Assembly (NCBI GenBank): GCA_016209385.1
Contig: JACQWB010000205.1
Coordinates: 1 to 50,243, forward strand
Origin: Candidatus Rokuibacteriota bacterium
GTDB taxonomy: Bacteria > Methylomirabilota > Methylomirabilia > Rokubacteriales > CSP1-6
Length of the DNA: 50,243 bases
Direction: 5' to 3'
The position numbers and the translations under genes were made by a program. The notes under the pieces are model-generated. The model was not told the DNA's origin, searched no databases, and saw only the letters and a list, made by a program, of their open reading frames with translations. Below are positions 20,529-30,058 of the stretch, one piece after another. Each line of letters starts with the position of its first letter. Position 1 is the stretch's first letter.

Positions 20529-21443
20529 TTAGCGGGCCAACTCGATCAGGAGCGCTGACTTCTTTGCCAGCTCCTGCGTACGGCTGATGATCTCGGGAAA
20601 CAATGCCGGCTCCACCCCGAGGTTCCGGAGCGTCTCCGGGTCGGGATCCATCGGGAGGCCGTCGCCGGCGTCCCCGATCCCCTCACGCGAGCAGATGCAC
20701 TCAGCCAGGTGGACCAGATCGGCGACCCGCCGGTCCTCGGCGGGCGCGAGCGCGGGCTGGTGGTGAAAGTCGATCCCGGAAACGATCGGCTGGGGCAGCC
20801 CCCACCGGGCGGCGATCAGCGCGCCGATCCTTCCGTGGTCGGTCTCCAGGGCTGCCAGCTCCGCTTTATACCGGGCCAGGCCTTGCTCGGAGGCCAACCG
20901 GCTGATCTCCACGAACACGGAGGGATAGTACTCCCACAGCACGAGCAGGCCGATGTCGTGGAGGAGGCCCGCGGCAAAGGCGCCGTCTTCGCCGTCCTCC
21001 TCGGCCGCCGGGACCGCCACCTGGAGGATCGCCTCGGTGGCGAAGGCCACGGTCACGCTGTGGAGCCAGAAGGCTTTGCGGTCGCGGCCGCCCCACGTCT
21101 CCAGGGTCCGGATGATCCCCAGCGTGAGGATGATGTTCCGGATCTGCACCATCCCCAGCCTCAAGACGGCCTGCGCCACTGAGGTGACCGGCATGCGGGC
21201 GCCATAGACCGGCGAGTTGGCCATCCTGAGCACGCGCACGGTGAGTCCGGGATCCTCCCGCAAGATCCAGGCGATGTCGAGCACGGAGGAGTCGTAATCG
21301 TTGACGATCTTCATCAGGCGCGAAATGACGGGAGGAAACGAGGGAAGCGGGGGCAACAGGTCCAGATCCGCCAGAAACCGCTCCTTGAACGGCGTCGAGA
21401 GCCGCTCAGGTGTCGCCGCCGCCGGATTCCAAGAGAGTGTCAT
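20529..21443 (-). CDS. HDOD-domain protein
   Basis: LPSFPPVISRL, EDPGLTVRVLRMANSPVYG, VAQAVLRLG, FWLHS, AGLLHDIG, WGLP...FHH. Start placed at the ATG at 21443. Confidence 0.92.
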   Translation of the reverse strand: MTLSWNPAAATPERLSTPFKERFLADLDLLPPLPSFPPVISRLMKIVNDYDSSVLDIAWILREDPGLTVRVLRMANSPVYGARMPVTSVAQAVLRLGMVQIRNIILTLGIIRTLETWGGRDRKAFWLHSVTVAFATEAILQVAVPAAEEDGEDGAFAAGLLHDIGLLVLWEYYPSVFVEISRLASEQGLARYKAELAALETDHGRIGALIAARWGLPQPIVSGIDFHHQPALAPAEDRRVADLVHLAECICSREGIGDAGDGLPMDPDPETLRNLGVEPALFPEIISRTQELAKKSALLIELAR

Positions 21444-21959
21444 CGCCGATGTCCCCGGGGCGCAGCCCTTCCGCAGCGGAAGGAGCGCTTCAAAATCAGC
21501 ATGTTTACAGTCAGAGGCGGTCCCACACAAAGACGGCGGTGGGACAGCCGCACCCAATCAAGTATTCGGCCACCCAGACCGCTTTCTGAACCTCCTGTGA
21601 TTCCCTCCGTTTCGGCTGACTGCCTGCCGAATCCCTAGAGCAGCGGATGGGTGCCGCCGAGCAACCGTCCGTTGGCGAGACAGCGCACACAGCCTGGGTC
21701 TCGCGGGAAGTCTCTCCAGGGGGCAACGCAGGAGAGTCGCTGCCGCAGATCCGGGGTTCTAGCTGGCAACGGGACAGACGTTGGACCGATCAGGTGCGGA
21801 CCGCGCCATGTCGGCGGGCCGCCGGGTCGTTGGAACGGGTGAGACGCGGAATGGACCTTCGGTCTAGCCGGACACCAGGGGGGAACCGGCCCTGATATCG
21901 GTCGCTGAGCTACTTCGGGCTGGCCGACCGACGCGCCCCCGTCAGGGAGGAGCTGCCGC

Positions 21960-22820
21960 ATGATCGTACTCATCGGGGTCGGCGTCGTTTTCTTAAGCGT
22001 ATTCGGGGGGTTCCTCCTCGCAGGCGGTCCCCTCATGCTCCTGATCCAACCCGCCGAGATCCTGATCATTATCGGCGCCGCGCTCGGTACGGTCCTGATC
22101 GGAACCCCACACCACCACCTCCCGAAGCTCTTCGCGGGAATCCGCGCCGTGGTGGGACGGGCCACGTCGGGCAAGGACCAGTACACCGACCTCCTCACCC
22201 TCCAGTTCGAGGTGTTCGTCAATATCAAGAAGCACGGCATCATCGCTCTCGACCAGGATATCGCGGCACCTGAATCCAGCACCATCTTCTCCAAGTACCC
22301 GAGCTTTCTGGCCTTTCCCAAAGCGGTGCGCTTCTTCGCCGACGCGCTCCGGCTGTTGCTCGACACGGGGATCCCGCCCGAGGACCTGGATCTCCTGCTC
22401 GACCGCGAGCTGGAGACCCACCACGAAGAGGTCACCAAGGCATCGGGGATCCTGGCGAAGCTGGGCGATACCCTCCCCGGCCTCGGCATCGTCGCGGCGA
22501 TCGTGGGAATCGTCATCTCGATGCAGGGAGTCGACGGGCCGGCGTCCGAGATGGGCCGCAGCGTGGCCGCGGCCCTCGTGGGGACGTTCCTCGGCGTCTT
22601 CCTCTCCTATGGGGTTGTCCAGCCCCTGGCGATGAACCTGGATTTCCAGAGCCAGGCCGAGGCCAAGTACCTCGAGTGCATCAAGTCCGGCGTGGTCGCG
22701 ATGGCGAAGGGCACCCCGCCCGCCGTGGCGGTGGAGTTCGCCCGCCGGGTCATCTTCTCCCACGAGCGGCCGGAGCTGGACGAGATGGACACGGCGATCC
22801 AGGTCGTGAGCCCGAGGTAG
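21960..22820 (+). CDS. motA: Flagellar stator protein MotA (long, E. coli-like type)
   Basis: IGVGVVFLSVFGGFLLAGG, QPAEILIIIGAALG, IFSKYP, PGLGIVAAIVGIV, AALVGTFLGVFLSYG, AVEFARR. Confidence 0.95.
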   Translation: MIVLIGVGVVFLSVFGGFLLAGGPLMLLIQPAEILIIIGAALGTVLIGTPHHHLPKLFAGIRAVVGRATSGKDQYTDLLTLQFEVFVNIKKHGIIALDQDIAAPESSTIFSKYPSFLAFPKAVRFFADALRLLLDTGIPPEDLDLLLDRELETHHEEVTKASGILAKLGDTLPGLGIVAAIVGIVISMQGVDGPASEMGRSVAAALVGTFLGVFLSYGVVQPLAMNLDFQSQAEAKYLECIKSGVVAMAKGTPPAVAVEFARRVIFSHERPELDEMDTAIQVVSPR

Positions 22821-22823
22821 CGC

Positions 22824-23708
22824 ATGTTCCGCCGAAGGCTGCGCCGCCAGCAGCAGCAGGACCCCCGAGCAGTCCGGATCGTCGTGCGGCGCCCGAAGCG
22901 GCACGGCGAACCCCACGGCGGGGCGTGGAAGGTGGCCTACGCCGACTTCATGACCACCATGATGGCCCTCTTCATCGTGCTCTGGGCCAGCAGTCAGAAC
23001 GTCCAGGTCCGGGAGGCGATTGGCGCCTACTTCCGCACGCCCGCTGTGTGGAGTCAGGCCGGGCGCGCTTCCGTGCTCAACGGTGGTGCGGGGATCCTCC
23101 CCATGCAGCCCCGGCCCGCCTCGGCTGCGACCGCGCTCGAGCCAGGGGACGATCTGACCCTGGAGGGGGTGGCGAAGTGGCTCGCCGAGCTCATCGAGGC
23201 GGAGGGAGAGCTCAAAAAACTCCAAGATCAGATCCGGATCGACGTGACTGCGGACGGCCTCAGGATCCAGCTCGTGGAGAAGGACGACAGCGTCTTCTTC
23301 GATATCGGGTCGGCGACGCTCAAGCCGGCCACTCGCCGGCTTCTGGCGATCATCGCCAGGGTCGCCGGGCGACTGCCCAACGAGGTGACCATCGAGGGGC
23401 ACACGGACTCCCGGCCCTACCAGGGGACCCAGCGCGACTACAGCAACTGGGAGCTGTCGGCGGATCGGGCGAACAGCGCGCGCCGGGCGATGGAGGAAAG
23501 CGGCTTACGCCCCCGCCAGGTCACCCGGGTCATCGGGTACGCCGACCATCAGCTCCTGGAGCCCACGAATCCCCGGGACTCCCAGAACCGGCGTGTGAGC
23601 ATCATCATCAAGCGCCGGAGCGAGGGGGCCGTGGGCAGCAGGGAGCGCTCGCAGCTTCTGGCGGAGATCGACGGGCTTCCCGGCCACGCCGGCAAAAATA
23701 TCCGTTGA
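22824..23708 (+). CDS. motB: Flagellar stator protein MotB
   Basis: HGGAWKVAYADFMTTMMALFIVLW (catalytic Asp) and OmpA-like IEGHTD...NWELSADRANSAR...NRRVSI. Confidence 0.95.
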   Translation: MFRRRLRRQQQQDPRAVRIVVRRPKRHGEPHGGAWKVAYADFMTTMMALFIVLWASSQNVQVREAIGAYFRTPAVWSQAGRASVLNGGAGILPMQPRPASAATALEPGDDLTLEGVAKWLAELIEAEGELKKLQDQIRIDVTADGLRIQLVEKDDSVFFDIGSATLKPATRRLLAIIARVAGRLPNEVTIEGHTDSRPYQGTQRDYSNWELSADRANSARRAMEESGLRPRQVTRVIGYADHQLLEPTNPRDSQNRRVSIIIKRRSEGAVGSRERSQLLAEIDGLPGHAGKNIR

Positions 23709-25063
23709 TGGCACCGCCAAGGGTCACTTACAATAGCGTTCGCGTATCTCTTCGCGATAAGTCCAGCATGGGAGCAGGAGAGATCACGGCGAACAGCGAT
23801 CGGCCTGAGGAGCTCGAGGCCGTCGCGGATCTGAGGCGGGCAAGCCAGACCGACGCCCCCGCTCTCGCTGCGGCGCTGGAGACGCTGGCGCGCGACAACG
23901 CGCGGCTCTCCCGCGAGCTTCAAAACCGGCTCGAGGACCTCCGGCGCGCCGAGGCGCAGCTGGCCGACCTCGAAAAGCTCGTCGGCCTGAATCAGCTCAT
24001 CGGGGGCATGGCGCACGAGCTGAACAACCCCCTCGCCGCCGTTCTCGCCTGCCTGACGATCCTCCAGGAGCTCCCGCTCGCCGCCGAGGCCCAGGACCTG
24101 GTCGACCGGATCCGAACCCAGACCGAGCGAGCGATCAGGGTGGTCAAGAACCTGGCGACCTATGCCAAGCGACCGTCGCCCGAACGGGTCCTGACGGACG
24201 TGCACGAGCTGCTCCGCCAGGGGATCGAGCTGCTCGACCCCTCGCTCCGCCACGCGAGCATCACCGTCCAGTGGGAGTGTGCCGCCGACCTCCCGCTCTG
24301 CGCCGTCGATCCAAACCAGATGCTTCAGGTCTTTGTGAACCTCTTCGTCAACGCCCGCCAGGCCATCGAATCCACGGGACGGGGACGCGGGACGATCCGC
24401 ATCGGCATGGCGGCCGAGCCCGCCCGGGTGCGCGTGGAGATCGCCGACGACGGGCCGGGAATTCCCGCCGATCTCCGCGAGCGGATCTTCGATCCGTTCT
24501 TCACCACCAAGCCCCCGGGGGTCGGCACCGGCCTCGGTCTCAGCCTGTGCCAGGCGATCGTCGAGGCCCACGGAGGGAGCCTCCTGGCCCGGTCCGACGC
24601 CGCTGGTGCGACCCTTCTGGTCGCGCTGCCGATCGGCGCGGCGCAGGCGCTCGACGCCGAGGCTTCTCAAGCCAGTCCCGCCCCGACCGGCCGGATCCTG
24701 GTGGTGGACGACGAGACCGACCTTCGGGGTGCGCTGAGCCATCTCCTGCGCCGGGCCGGACACGTCACCCAGGAGGCCGGATCGGGCAGCGAGGCGCTCG
24801 CAATGCTCGACACCGGGCAGTTCGACGCCATCATCCTGGACGTCCGCCTGCCGGACATCAACGGTCAAGCGCTCCTCGAGGAGATAGCCCGCCGGGACCC
24901 GGCCCTCGCCCGAAAGGTGGTCATCACGACCGGCGACGTCCTGGGCCAGGAAACCCAGTCCTTCCTGGAACGCACCGACGCCCCCTGCCTGAGCAAGCCG
25001 TTCACGCTGAAGGCATTGCTCGGCGCGCTGGCGGCCGTGATGGGCGACCAGTCGCGCGCCTGA
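23708..25063 (+). CDS. Hybrid histidine kinase with coiled-coil N-terminus and no sensor domain (HisKA, HATPase, REC)
   Basis: [36 protein letters not shown] coupling to the motB stop; alternative start at 23768. Confidence 0.88.
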   Translation: MAPPRVTYNSVRVSLRDKSSMGAGEITANSDRPEELEAVADLRRASQTDAPALAAALETLARDNARLSRELQNRLEDLRRAEAQLADLEKLVGLNQLIGGMAHELNNPLAAVLACLTILQELPLAAEAQDLVDRIRTQTERAIRVVKNLATYAKRPSPERVLTDVHELLRQGIELLDPSLRHASITVQWECAADLPLCAVDPNQMLQVFVNLFVNARQAIESTGRGRGTIRIGMAAEPARVRVEIADDGPGIPADLRERIFDPFFTTKPPGVGTGLGLSLCQAIVEAHGGSLLARSDAAGATLLVALPIGAAQALDAEASQASPAPTGRILVVDDETDLRGALSHLLRRAGHVTQEAGSGSEALAMLDTGQFDAIILDVRLPDINGQALLEEIARRDPALARKVVITTGDVLGQETQSFLERTDAPCLSKPFTLKALLGALAAVMGDQSRA

Positions 25064-25150
25064 CCGTCCGGAATCGCCGCTCCCCTGCCGACCTCTATTC
25101 TTGGCTCCGTTCGTCCTTGGGGATCACCCAGCAAACGGCAAAGGGAGCGT

Positions 25151-26491
25151 GTGTCCTTGAAACACCGAGACCTCGGCGTGGCCGAAGAAAACGCGGCGCT
25201 CGGGAGCCGGATCCAGGACCTCGAGCGCCCCAGCCTCGAGATCCAGCGCGAGCGGCTTCTGGTGGCCCGGATGGCCAGCCTCCCGGAAATCCTCCTCAAC
25301 GGTTCGAACGGTGGGCACACGCCCCGGCGGATCGTGGAGGTGGGCCGGGGGCTTCTCGAGGTCGACTTTGTGAGCCTCGTGGCCCCCGTGGGCACCGGCT
25401 CACGCTTCGAGCCCCTCGCCGCAGTCGGCGAGGAGGATGAGCCGCAGCTCGGGGGCCCGTGGCCCGCCTCCGAAGACTCAGCGCTCACCGCCGTGGTCCA
25501 GGGGTGCGAACCCGTGGTCGGCCTCGGGAGCCATTGCGTGCAGTTCAACCGTGCGCTCGACCGGTCGCTCGCCCTCCGAGCAGCGCTCCACGTCCCCGTG
25601 ATTTGGAATCACCGCGTGGCGGCGGTGCTCAGCTTCGGCGATCGGGAGGCGGGGCGGATCTTCCAACCGGTCGAGGTGACGGCGGCCCGGTGGCTCGCCT
25701 CATGGGCAGGACTCCTGCTGGCCTGGGCAGAGGACCGCCAGCGGGTCCAAACCCTCGAGGCGCTCCTTCGCTCGCACCAAGCCCAGCTCCAGCACACCGA
25801 GAAGCTCAAGGCCCTGGGCCAGCTCGTGTCCGGCGTCGCCCACGAGCTCACCAACCCGCTCACGGCGGTGCTCGGGCGGGCGACGCTGATCGAGAAGGCA
25901 GCGTCGCTCGACGACGCCAAACGCCACGTAGGCAAGATTAAAGAGGCGGCGGCGCGGGCAGCGAAGATCGCGAAGGGGCTCTCGACCTTCGCCCGCAACC
26001 ACCCGTCGGAACGCGGGCCTGTCGGCGTGAACGACCTGGTCCGATGGGCGACCGACTTTCAGGAATACCAGCTCGCCGCCGACAACATCCGGGTCGAGAC
26101 CGATCTCGAACCGGACCTTCCGGCAGTCATGGGGGACCATCACGAGCTGGAGCAGGTCCTGATCAATCTGATGCTCAACGCCCAGCACGCGATGGTAGCC
26201 GCCTATGGCTCAGGGGTCCTGAAGCTCACCACGCGCCGGGCCGGCGAGTGGGTCCAGCTTCGAGTCGAAGACGACGGGCCGGGGATTCCGCCCGAGGTTC
26301 TCCCGCGCATTTTCGAACCGTTCTTCACCACAAAACCGGTCGGCGAAGGGACTGGGCTCGGGCTGAGCATCGTCCAGGAAATCGTCGCGGGCCACGGCGG
26401 TCAGGTGTGGATAGAGCCCGCTCCCCAGAAGGGTACGATCGTGGTCGTTGCGCTTCCCCCGATGCGACCGGCTCAAGCCCCGACGACCTAA
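25151..26491 (+). CDS. Histidine kinase with degenerate GAF input domain
   Basis: GAF-like ALHVPVIWNHRVAAVLSFG, AHELTNPL, NLMLNA, GEGTGLGL. RBS aagggag before GTG. Confidence 0.88.
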   Translation: MSLKHRDLGVAEENAALGSRIQDLERPSLEIQRERLLVARMASLPEILLNGSNGGHTPRRIVEVGRGLLEVDFVSLVAPVGTGSRFEPLAAVGEEDEPQLGGPWPASEDSALTAVVQGCEPVVGLGSHCVQFNRALDRSLALRAALHVPVIWNHRVAAVLSFGDREAGRIFQPVEVTAARWLASWAGLLLAWAEDRQRVQTLEALLRSHQAQLQHTEKLKALGQLVSGVAHELTNPLTAVLGRATLIEKAASLDDAKRHVGKIKEAAARAAKIAKGLSTFARNHPSERGPVGVNDLVRWATDFQEYQLAADNIRVETDLEPDLPAVMGDHHELEQVLINLMLNAQHAMVAAYGSGVLKLTTRRAGEWVQLRVEDDGPGIPPEVLPRIFEPFFTTKPVGEGTGLGLSIVQEIVAGHGGQVWIEPAPQKGTIVVVALPPMRPAQAPTT

Positions 26492-26496
26492 ACAGC

Positions 26497-26570
26497 TCGG
26501 AGGGGGCCTCGACGGCCCCCTCCGAAACCTCCCCCAGGAATCGGTTGCGCGGGCCAAGCCCGCGCTCGAA
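26497..26570. repeat. Family A repeat (reverse orientation), followed by related hairpin modules to about 26760
   Basis: Near-identical to 5485-5558. The gggtacccgcgccgaaggcgtgggt module at about 26640-26665 is also seen at about 44797-44824. Confidence 0.9.
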
Positions 26571-26811
26571 GGGCATTACTCCGACACATACCTAGCGCCC
26601 CCGTTCCCATACCTCCCCCCATTCCGGTTGAGCGGGCCGGGTACCCGCGCCGAAGGCGTGGGTGTCCCCCTCCGTTTACTAGCGCCCCATCCGATCCGGC
26701 TGCGCCCGGGGGGGACGCCGGTCCGCCTATCGGGACCGGAATCGGGGGTGCGCCCGCCTGCGCGGCCTCGCTATAGTGGCCCCAGTGGCAAACCGAAGCG
26801 CTCTGAACGCT

Positions 26812-27447
26812 ATGCCGCGCATCCTGGTCGCAGACGACGATCGGACGAGCCGAGAGCTGACGGCCGAGCTCCTCCAGAACGCCGGGCACACCGTGAGCCA
26901 AGCCTCAAGCGCGCGGGAGACGATCGCGCGCTGCAAGGCGAGTCTCCCCGACCTCGTCCTGCTCGATCTGATCCTCCCCGACCGGACCGGGATCGACCTG
27001 CTCGGTGAGCTCAAAGCGCTGTGGCCCGGGCTGCCGGTCATCATCGTGACCGGCTATCCGGAGATCCGGAGCGTCGTCGAGGCCATGCGCCGCGGCGCCG
27101 CGGAGTATCTGGTGAAGCCTGTCGACCCGGACGCCCTCGTCAGGGCCTGCGACGCTGCACTCGCCGGCGGACCGCACCTCCCGGGCCCCTCGCGAGCCGT
27201 GACATTCCCCCTTACCGAGGAGACGCAGGGACCGGCATGGCCCCCCCCGCTGGGAGCTCCTAAGCCGCTTCGAGAGGTCGTCGCGGCTTACATCGATCAT
27301 GTGATCGCCGCGACACACGGCAACAAAGCCCGGGCTGCCCGGCTCTTGGGCATCTCGCGGGAAACGCTCCGGGCGAGGCTGACCAAGGGGAGCCGGCCCG
27401 CATGCTCGCCGTGGGCGCCCGCCCAGGCCAGGGCGCGGAGGGCCTGA
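26812..27447 (+). CDS. Response regulator REC + Fis-type HTH without AAA+ domain
   Basis: ILVADDD, VLLDLILP, VTGY, LVKP, short Pro-rich linker, then HGNKARAARLLGISRETL. Confidence 0.88.
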   Translation: MPRILVADDDRTSRELTAELLQNAGHTVSQASSARETIARCKASLPDLVLLDLILPDRTGIDLLGELKALWPGLPVIIVTGYPEIRSVVEAMRRGAAEYLVKPVDPDALVRACDAALAGGPHLPGPSRAVTFPLTEETQGPAWPPPLGAPKPLREVVAAYIDHVIAATHGNKARAARLLGISRETLRARLTKGSRPACSPWAPAQARARRA

Positions 27448-27453
27448 GCCAGC

Positions 27454-28254
27454 ATGGGGAGCGCCACCCTGCGCCACCGGCCCGCCGCGCCGGGCTGGGT
27501 CAAGCCTCCGGCGTTGAAGACGGACTTGGACGGCTCACCTCGGGCGAGCACCAAGGCCGACCAGATCCTGAGCTGGAGCGCCGCCTCGGCCGCGGTCGCC
27601 CACGAGCTCAAGAACCTGCTGGGGGCGACCGAGCTGTACGCCTCGCTCATCGAGGAAGCGGTGCGCGAGCACCCCGACCTCTCGCTCCTGGCCAGCCGCC
27701 TCCTCACCGGCATCAGGAGTCTCACGGCAGTCGCGACCAACCTCCTCGCGTTCGGACGCCGTCCCGAGCCGCTGCTCGCTCGCGTGGACCTTCATCGTGT
27801 CCTTGAAGAGGCCACAACGTTCGCCGACCACGCGGTGCGGGGCACCGGCGTCGAGCTGGTCAGGGACCTTGCCGCCACACGCTCCTGCATCCGGGGTGAC
27901 ACCGAACAGCTCAAGCAGGTCTTCCTCAACCTTCTCCTCAACGCGCTCCAGGCTATGCCGCACGGTGGCAGTCTGACGATCGGCACCGAAGCCAAGGGCA
28001 GGCGCCTCCGGGTGAAGATCACGGACACCGGCATCGGCATCGCGCCCGAGCTCCTCGCGCGGATCTTCGAGCCCTTCGTGACGACCAAACCCAGGGGCAC
28101 CGGCCTGGGCCTGGCCGTGGTTTCGGGCATCCTCACCCGCCACGGGGCGACGATCAAGATCGCGAGCGCGCCGGGACAGGGGACGGAGGTGCGCTGTGAC
28201 TTTCCGCTCGCCCCGGACGATCAGCCGGCCGACGAGGGAGGACGGGACCGATGA
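27454..28254 (+). CDS. Sensorless histidine kinase, FleS/FlgS-like by position
   Basis: VAHELKNLLGATELYASL, NLLLNALQAM, DTGIG, GTGLGL. Overlaps the downstream activator. Confidence 0.82.
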   Translation: MGSATLRHRPAAPGWVKPPALKTDLDGSPRASTKADQILSWSAASAAVAHELKNLLGATELYASLIEEAVREHPDLSLLASRLLTGIRSLTAVATNLLAFGRRPEPLLARVDLHRVLEEATTFADHAVRGTGVELVRDLAATRSCIRGDTEQLKQVFLNLLLNALQAMPHGGSLTIGTEAKGRRLRVKITDTGIGIAPELLARIFEPFVTTKPRGTGLGLAVVSGILTRHGATIKIASAPGQGTEVRCDFPLAPDDQPADEGGRDR

Positions 28255-29603
28255 GCGGCACGATCCTGGTGGTCGACGACGAGGCACTCCCCCGGCAGTC
28301 CGTGAGTGACCTGCTCCGGCGCAAGGGCGCCGCGGTCGACACGGCCCAGGACGGCGCGGAGGCGCTCCGCCTCTTCCTCGCCTCCCCGTATCCGATGGTG
28401 ATCAGCGACCTCCGGATGCCCCACCTCGACGGCCTCGCCCTGCTCCGAGAGATCAAAGCCCGCGTGCCGCACACGTTCTTCGTCCTCCTGACCGGGTTCG
28501 GGACGGTCGAGACCGCAGTCTCAGCCCTCAAGGCGGGCGCGGACGACTTCCTGGAAAAGCCCGTGTCCCCCCAGCGGCTCCAGCGGCTGCTGGAGCGGGC
28601 ACCGCTCACGCCTCTCGCTGAGCCCTCTCCGCGACTTCCCCTGACCCAGGACCCGCGGATGATGGCGCTCTTCGCCGACGCCCGCCGCGCTGCCGCAACC
28701 GGTGCCACGATCCTCCTGCTCGGGGAAAGCGGCACCGGCAAGGAAGTGCTGGCCCGCGCCATCCACGGTTGGAGTCCCCGGGCCGGTGGTCCCTTCATGG
28801 CCCTCAACTGCGCGGCTCTTCCCGAGTCCTTGGTCGAGGCCGAGCTGTTCGGCCACGAGCGCGGGGCGTTCACCGACGCCAAGGCGTCCCACCAGGGCGT
28901 GATCGAGCGAGCGCAGGGGGGCACCCTCCTCCTCGATGAAATCGGCGACATGCCGCTCCCGGTGCAGGCCAAACTCCTCCGGGTCCTCGAGGACCGGTCG
29001 GTCACGCGAATCGGCGGCAGCGACGCCCGGGGGGTCGACGTTCGCTTCATCGCCGCCTCCAATCGCTCGCTCAGGGCGCTGGTGCGGGAGGGACGATTCC
29101 GGGAGGACCTTCTGTTCCGGCTCACGGTCGTGAGCTTCCAGCTCCCGCCCCTCCGGGAGCGCCTGCAGGACGTCCCGTTGCTCGCCCGCCACTTCCTCGC
29201 CCGGTACGCCGCCGAGTACAACGCTGCGGTCCGAGAGCTAGCGGACTCCGCCGTGGGGCGCCTCCTCGCGCACCCGTGGCCCGGCAACGTGCGCGAGCTG
29301 GAGAACGTGATCCAGCGAGCCGTGATCCTCGCACCGGGACCGGTCCTCAGGGGGCGCGACCTCGTGCTCGAGGACGCCACCCCCGTCACGCCAGGGCAGC
29401 TGGCGGGCCGGCCGTGGGACGAGGTCGAGAAGGAGCTGATCCTGAGCACGCTCCGACAGGTGGGCGGTAATCGGGAAAAGGCCGCCAAGATCCTCGGGAT
29501 GAGCGTGCGCACCGTTCGCAACCGACTGCGGAGCTACCGCCTCACCGAAGGGGCCCTGACCCTCCTGGGGTCGCCCCTCGCGGCCGCCGGGGCCGCCTCA
29601 TGA
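28251..29603 (+). CDS. Sigma54-dependent activator, FleR/FlgR/FlrC-like flagellar regulator
   Basis: REC, GESGTGKE, ELFGHERGAFTDA, LLDEI, WPGNVREL, GNREKAAKILG. ATGA overlap with flgB. Confidence 0.9.
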   Translation: MSGTILVVDDEALPRQSVSDLLRRKGAAVDTAQDGAEALRLFLASPYPMVISDLRMPHLDGLALLREIKARVPHTFFVLLTGFGTVETAVSALKAGADDFLEKPVSPQRLQRLLERAPLTPLAEPSPRLPLTQDPRMMALFADARRAAATGATILLLGESGTGKEVLARAIHGWSPRAGGPFMALNCAALPESLVEAELFGHERGAFTDAKASHQGVIERAQGGTLLLDEIGDMPLPVQAKLLRVLEDRSVTRIGGSDARGVDVRFIAASNRSLRALVREGRFREDLLFRLTVVSFQLPPLRERLQDVPLLARHFLARYAAEYNAAVRELADSAVGRLLAHPWPGNVRELENVIQRAVILAPGPVLRGRDLVLEDATPVTPGQLAGRPWDEVEKELILSTLRQVGGNREKAAKILGMSVRTVRNRLRSYRLTEGALTLLGSPLAAAGAAS

Positions 29604-29998
29604 TCGCTCTCTTCGGGGCCACGATGGAGCTGCTCCAGCGAGGCGCGGCATTCGCGGTTCGACGCCACGCCCTCCTCGCGCAGAACCTCGCCAACGTGGA
29701 GACGCCCGGGTACAGGGGATACGACCTGACGTTCGCGCGGGAGCTCGACCTGGCCCGCCAGGCCCACGCGACGCCGGTGGCCTTCGGACCCACGGCCAAG
29801 GCCGGAGACAGCGACAACACACTGGATGTCCGTCTCGTGCGGGCTCCTGACAGCCCTCCCCGACCGGATGGCAACGATGTGGACATCGATCGCCAGATGG
29901 TCAAAATCGCCGAGAACGCGCTCTACCACAACGCGGTCGTCCACCTGCTGATCGCGAAGCTCAACGCCATGAAGACCGCCATCAGCGGCCGCATCTAG
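29600..29998 (+). CDS. flgB: Flagellar basal-body rod protein FlgB
   Basis: LAQNLANVETPGYRGYD and RPDGNDVDIDRQM. Confidence 0.95.
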   Translation: MIALFGATMELLQRGAAFAVRRHALLAQNLANVETPGYRGYDLTFARELDLARQAHATPVAFGPTAKAGDSDNTLDVRLVRAPDSPPRPDGNDVDIDRQMVKIAENALYHNAVVHLLIAKLNAMKTAISGRI

Positions 29999-30017
29999 GA
30001 GGAACCGTGAACTCGCA

Positions 30018-30039
30018 TCGGGGGCATGCCCCCCTCCGA
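30018..30039. repeat. Single family A hairpin between flgB and flgC
   Basis: tcggggg-catg-cccccctccga. Confidence 0.55.
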
Positions 30040-30058
30040 GCTATCTAGGAGGCTCTCC

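Noticed and set aside
21640-21900. c-di-GMP, SAM-I or cobalamin riboswitch upstream of motA
   Set aside because: Only isolated words match (gcaacc, gggaag, gacgc...ggtcta), with the wrong spacing. Kept only as an unassigned candidate structure.
23734-23760. Sigma28-like promoter (tagc-N15-cgcgataa) before the 23768 ATG
   Set aside because: The -35 match is weak, it lies inside the likely coding region coupled to motB, and it leaves almost no leader.
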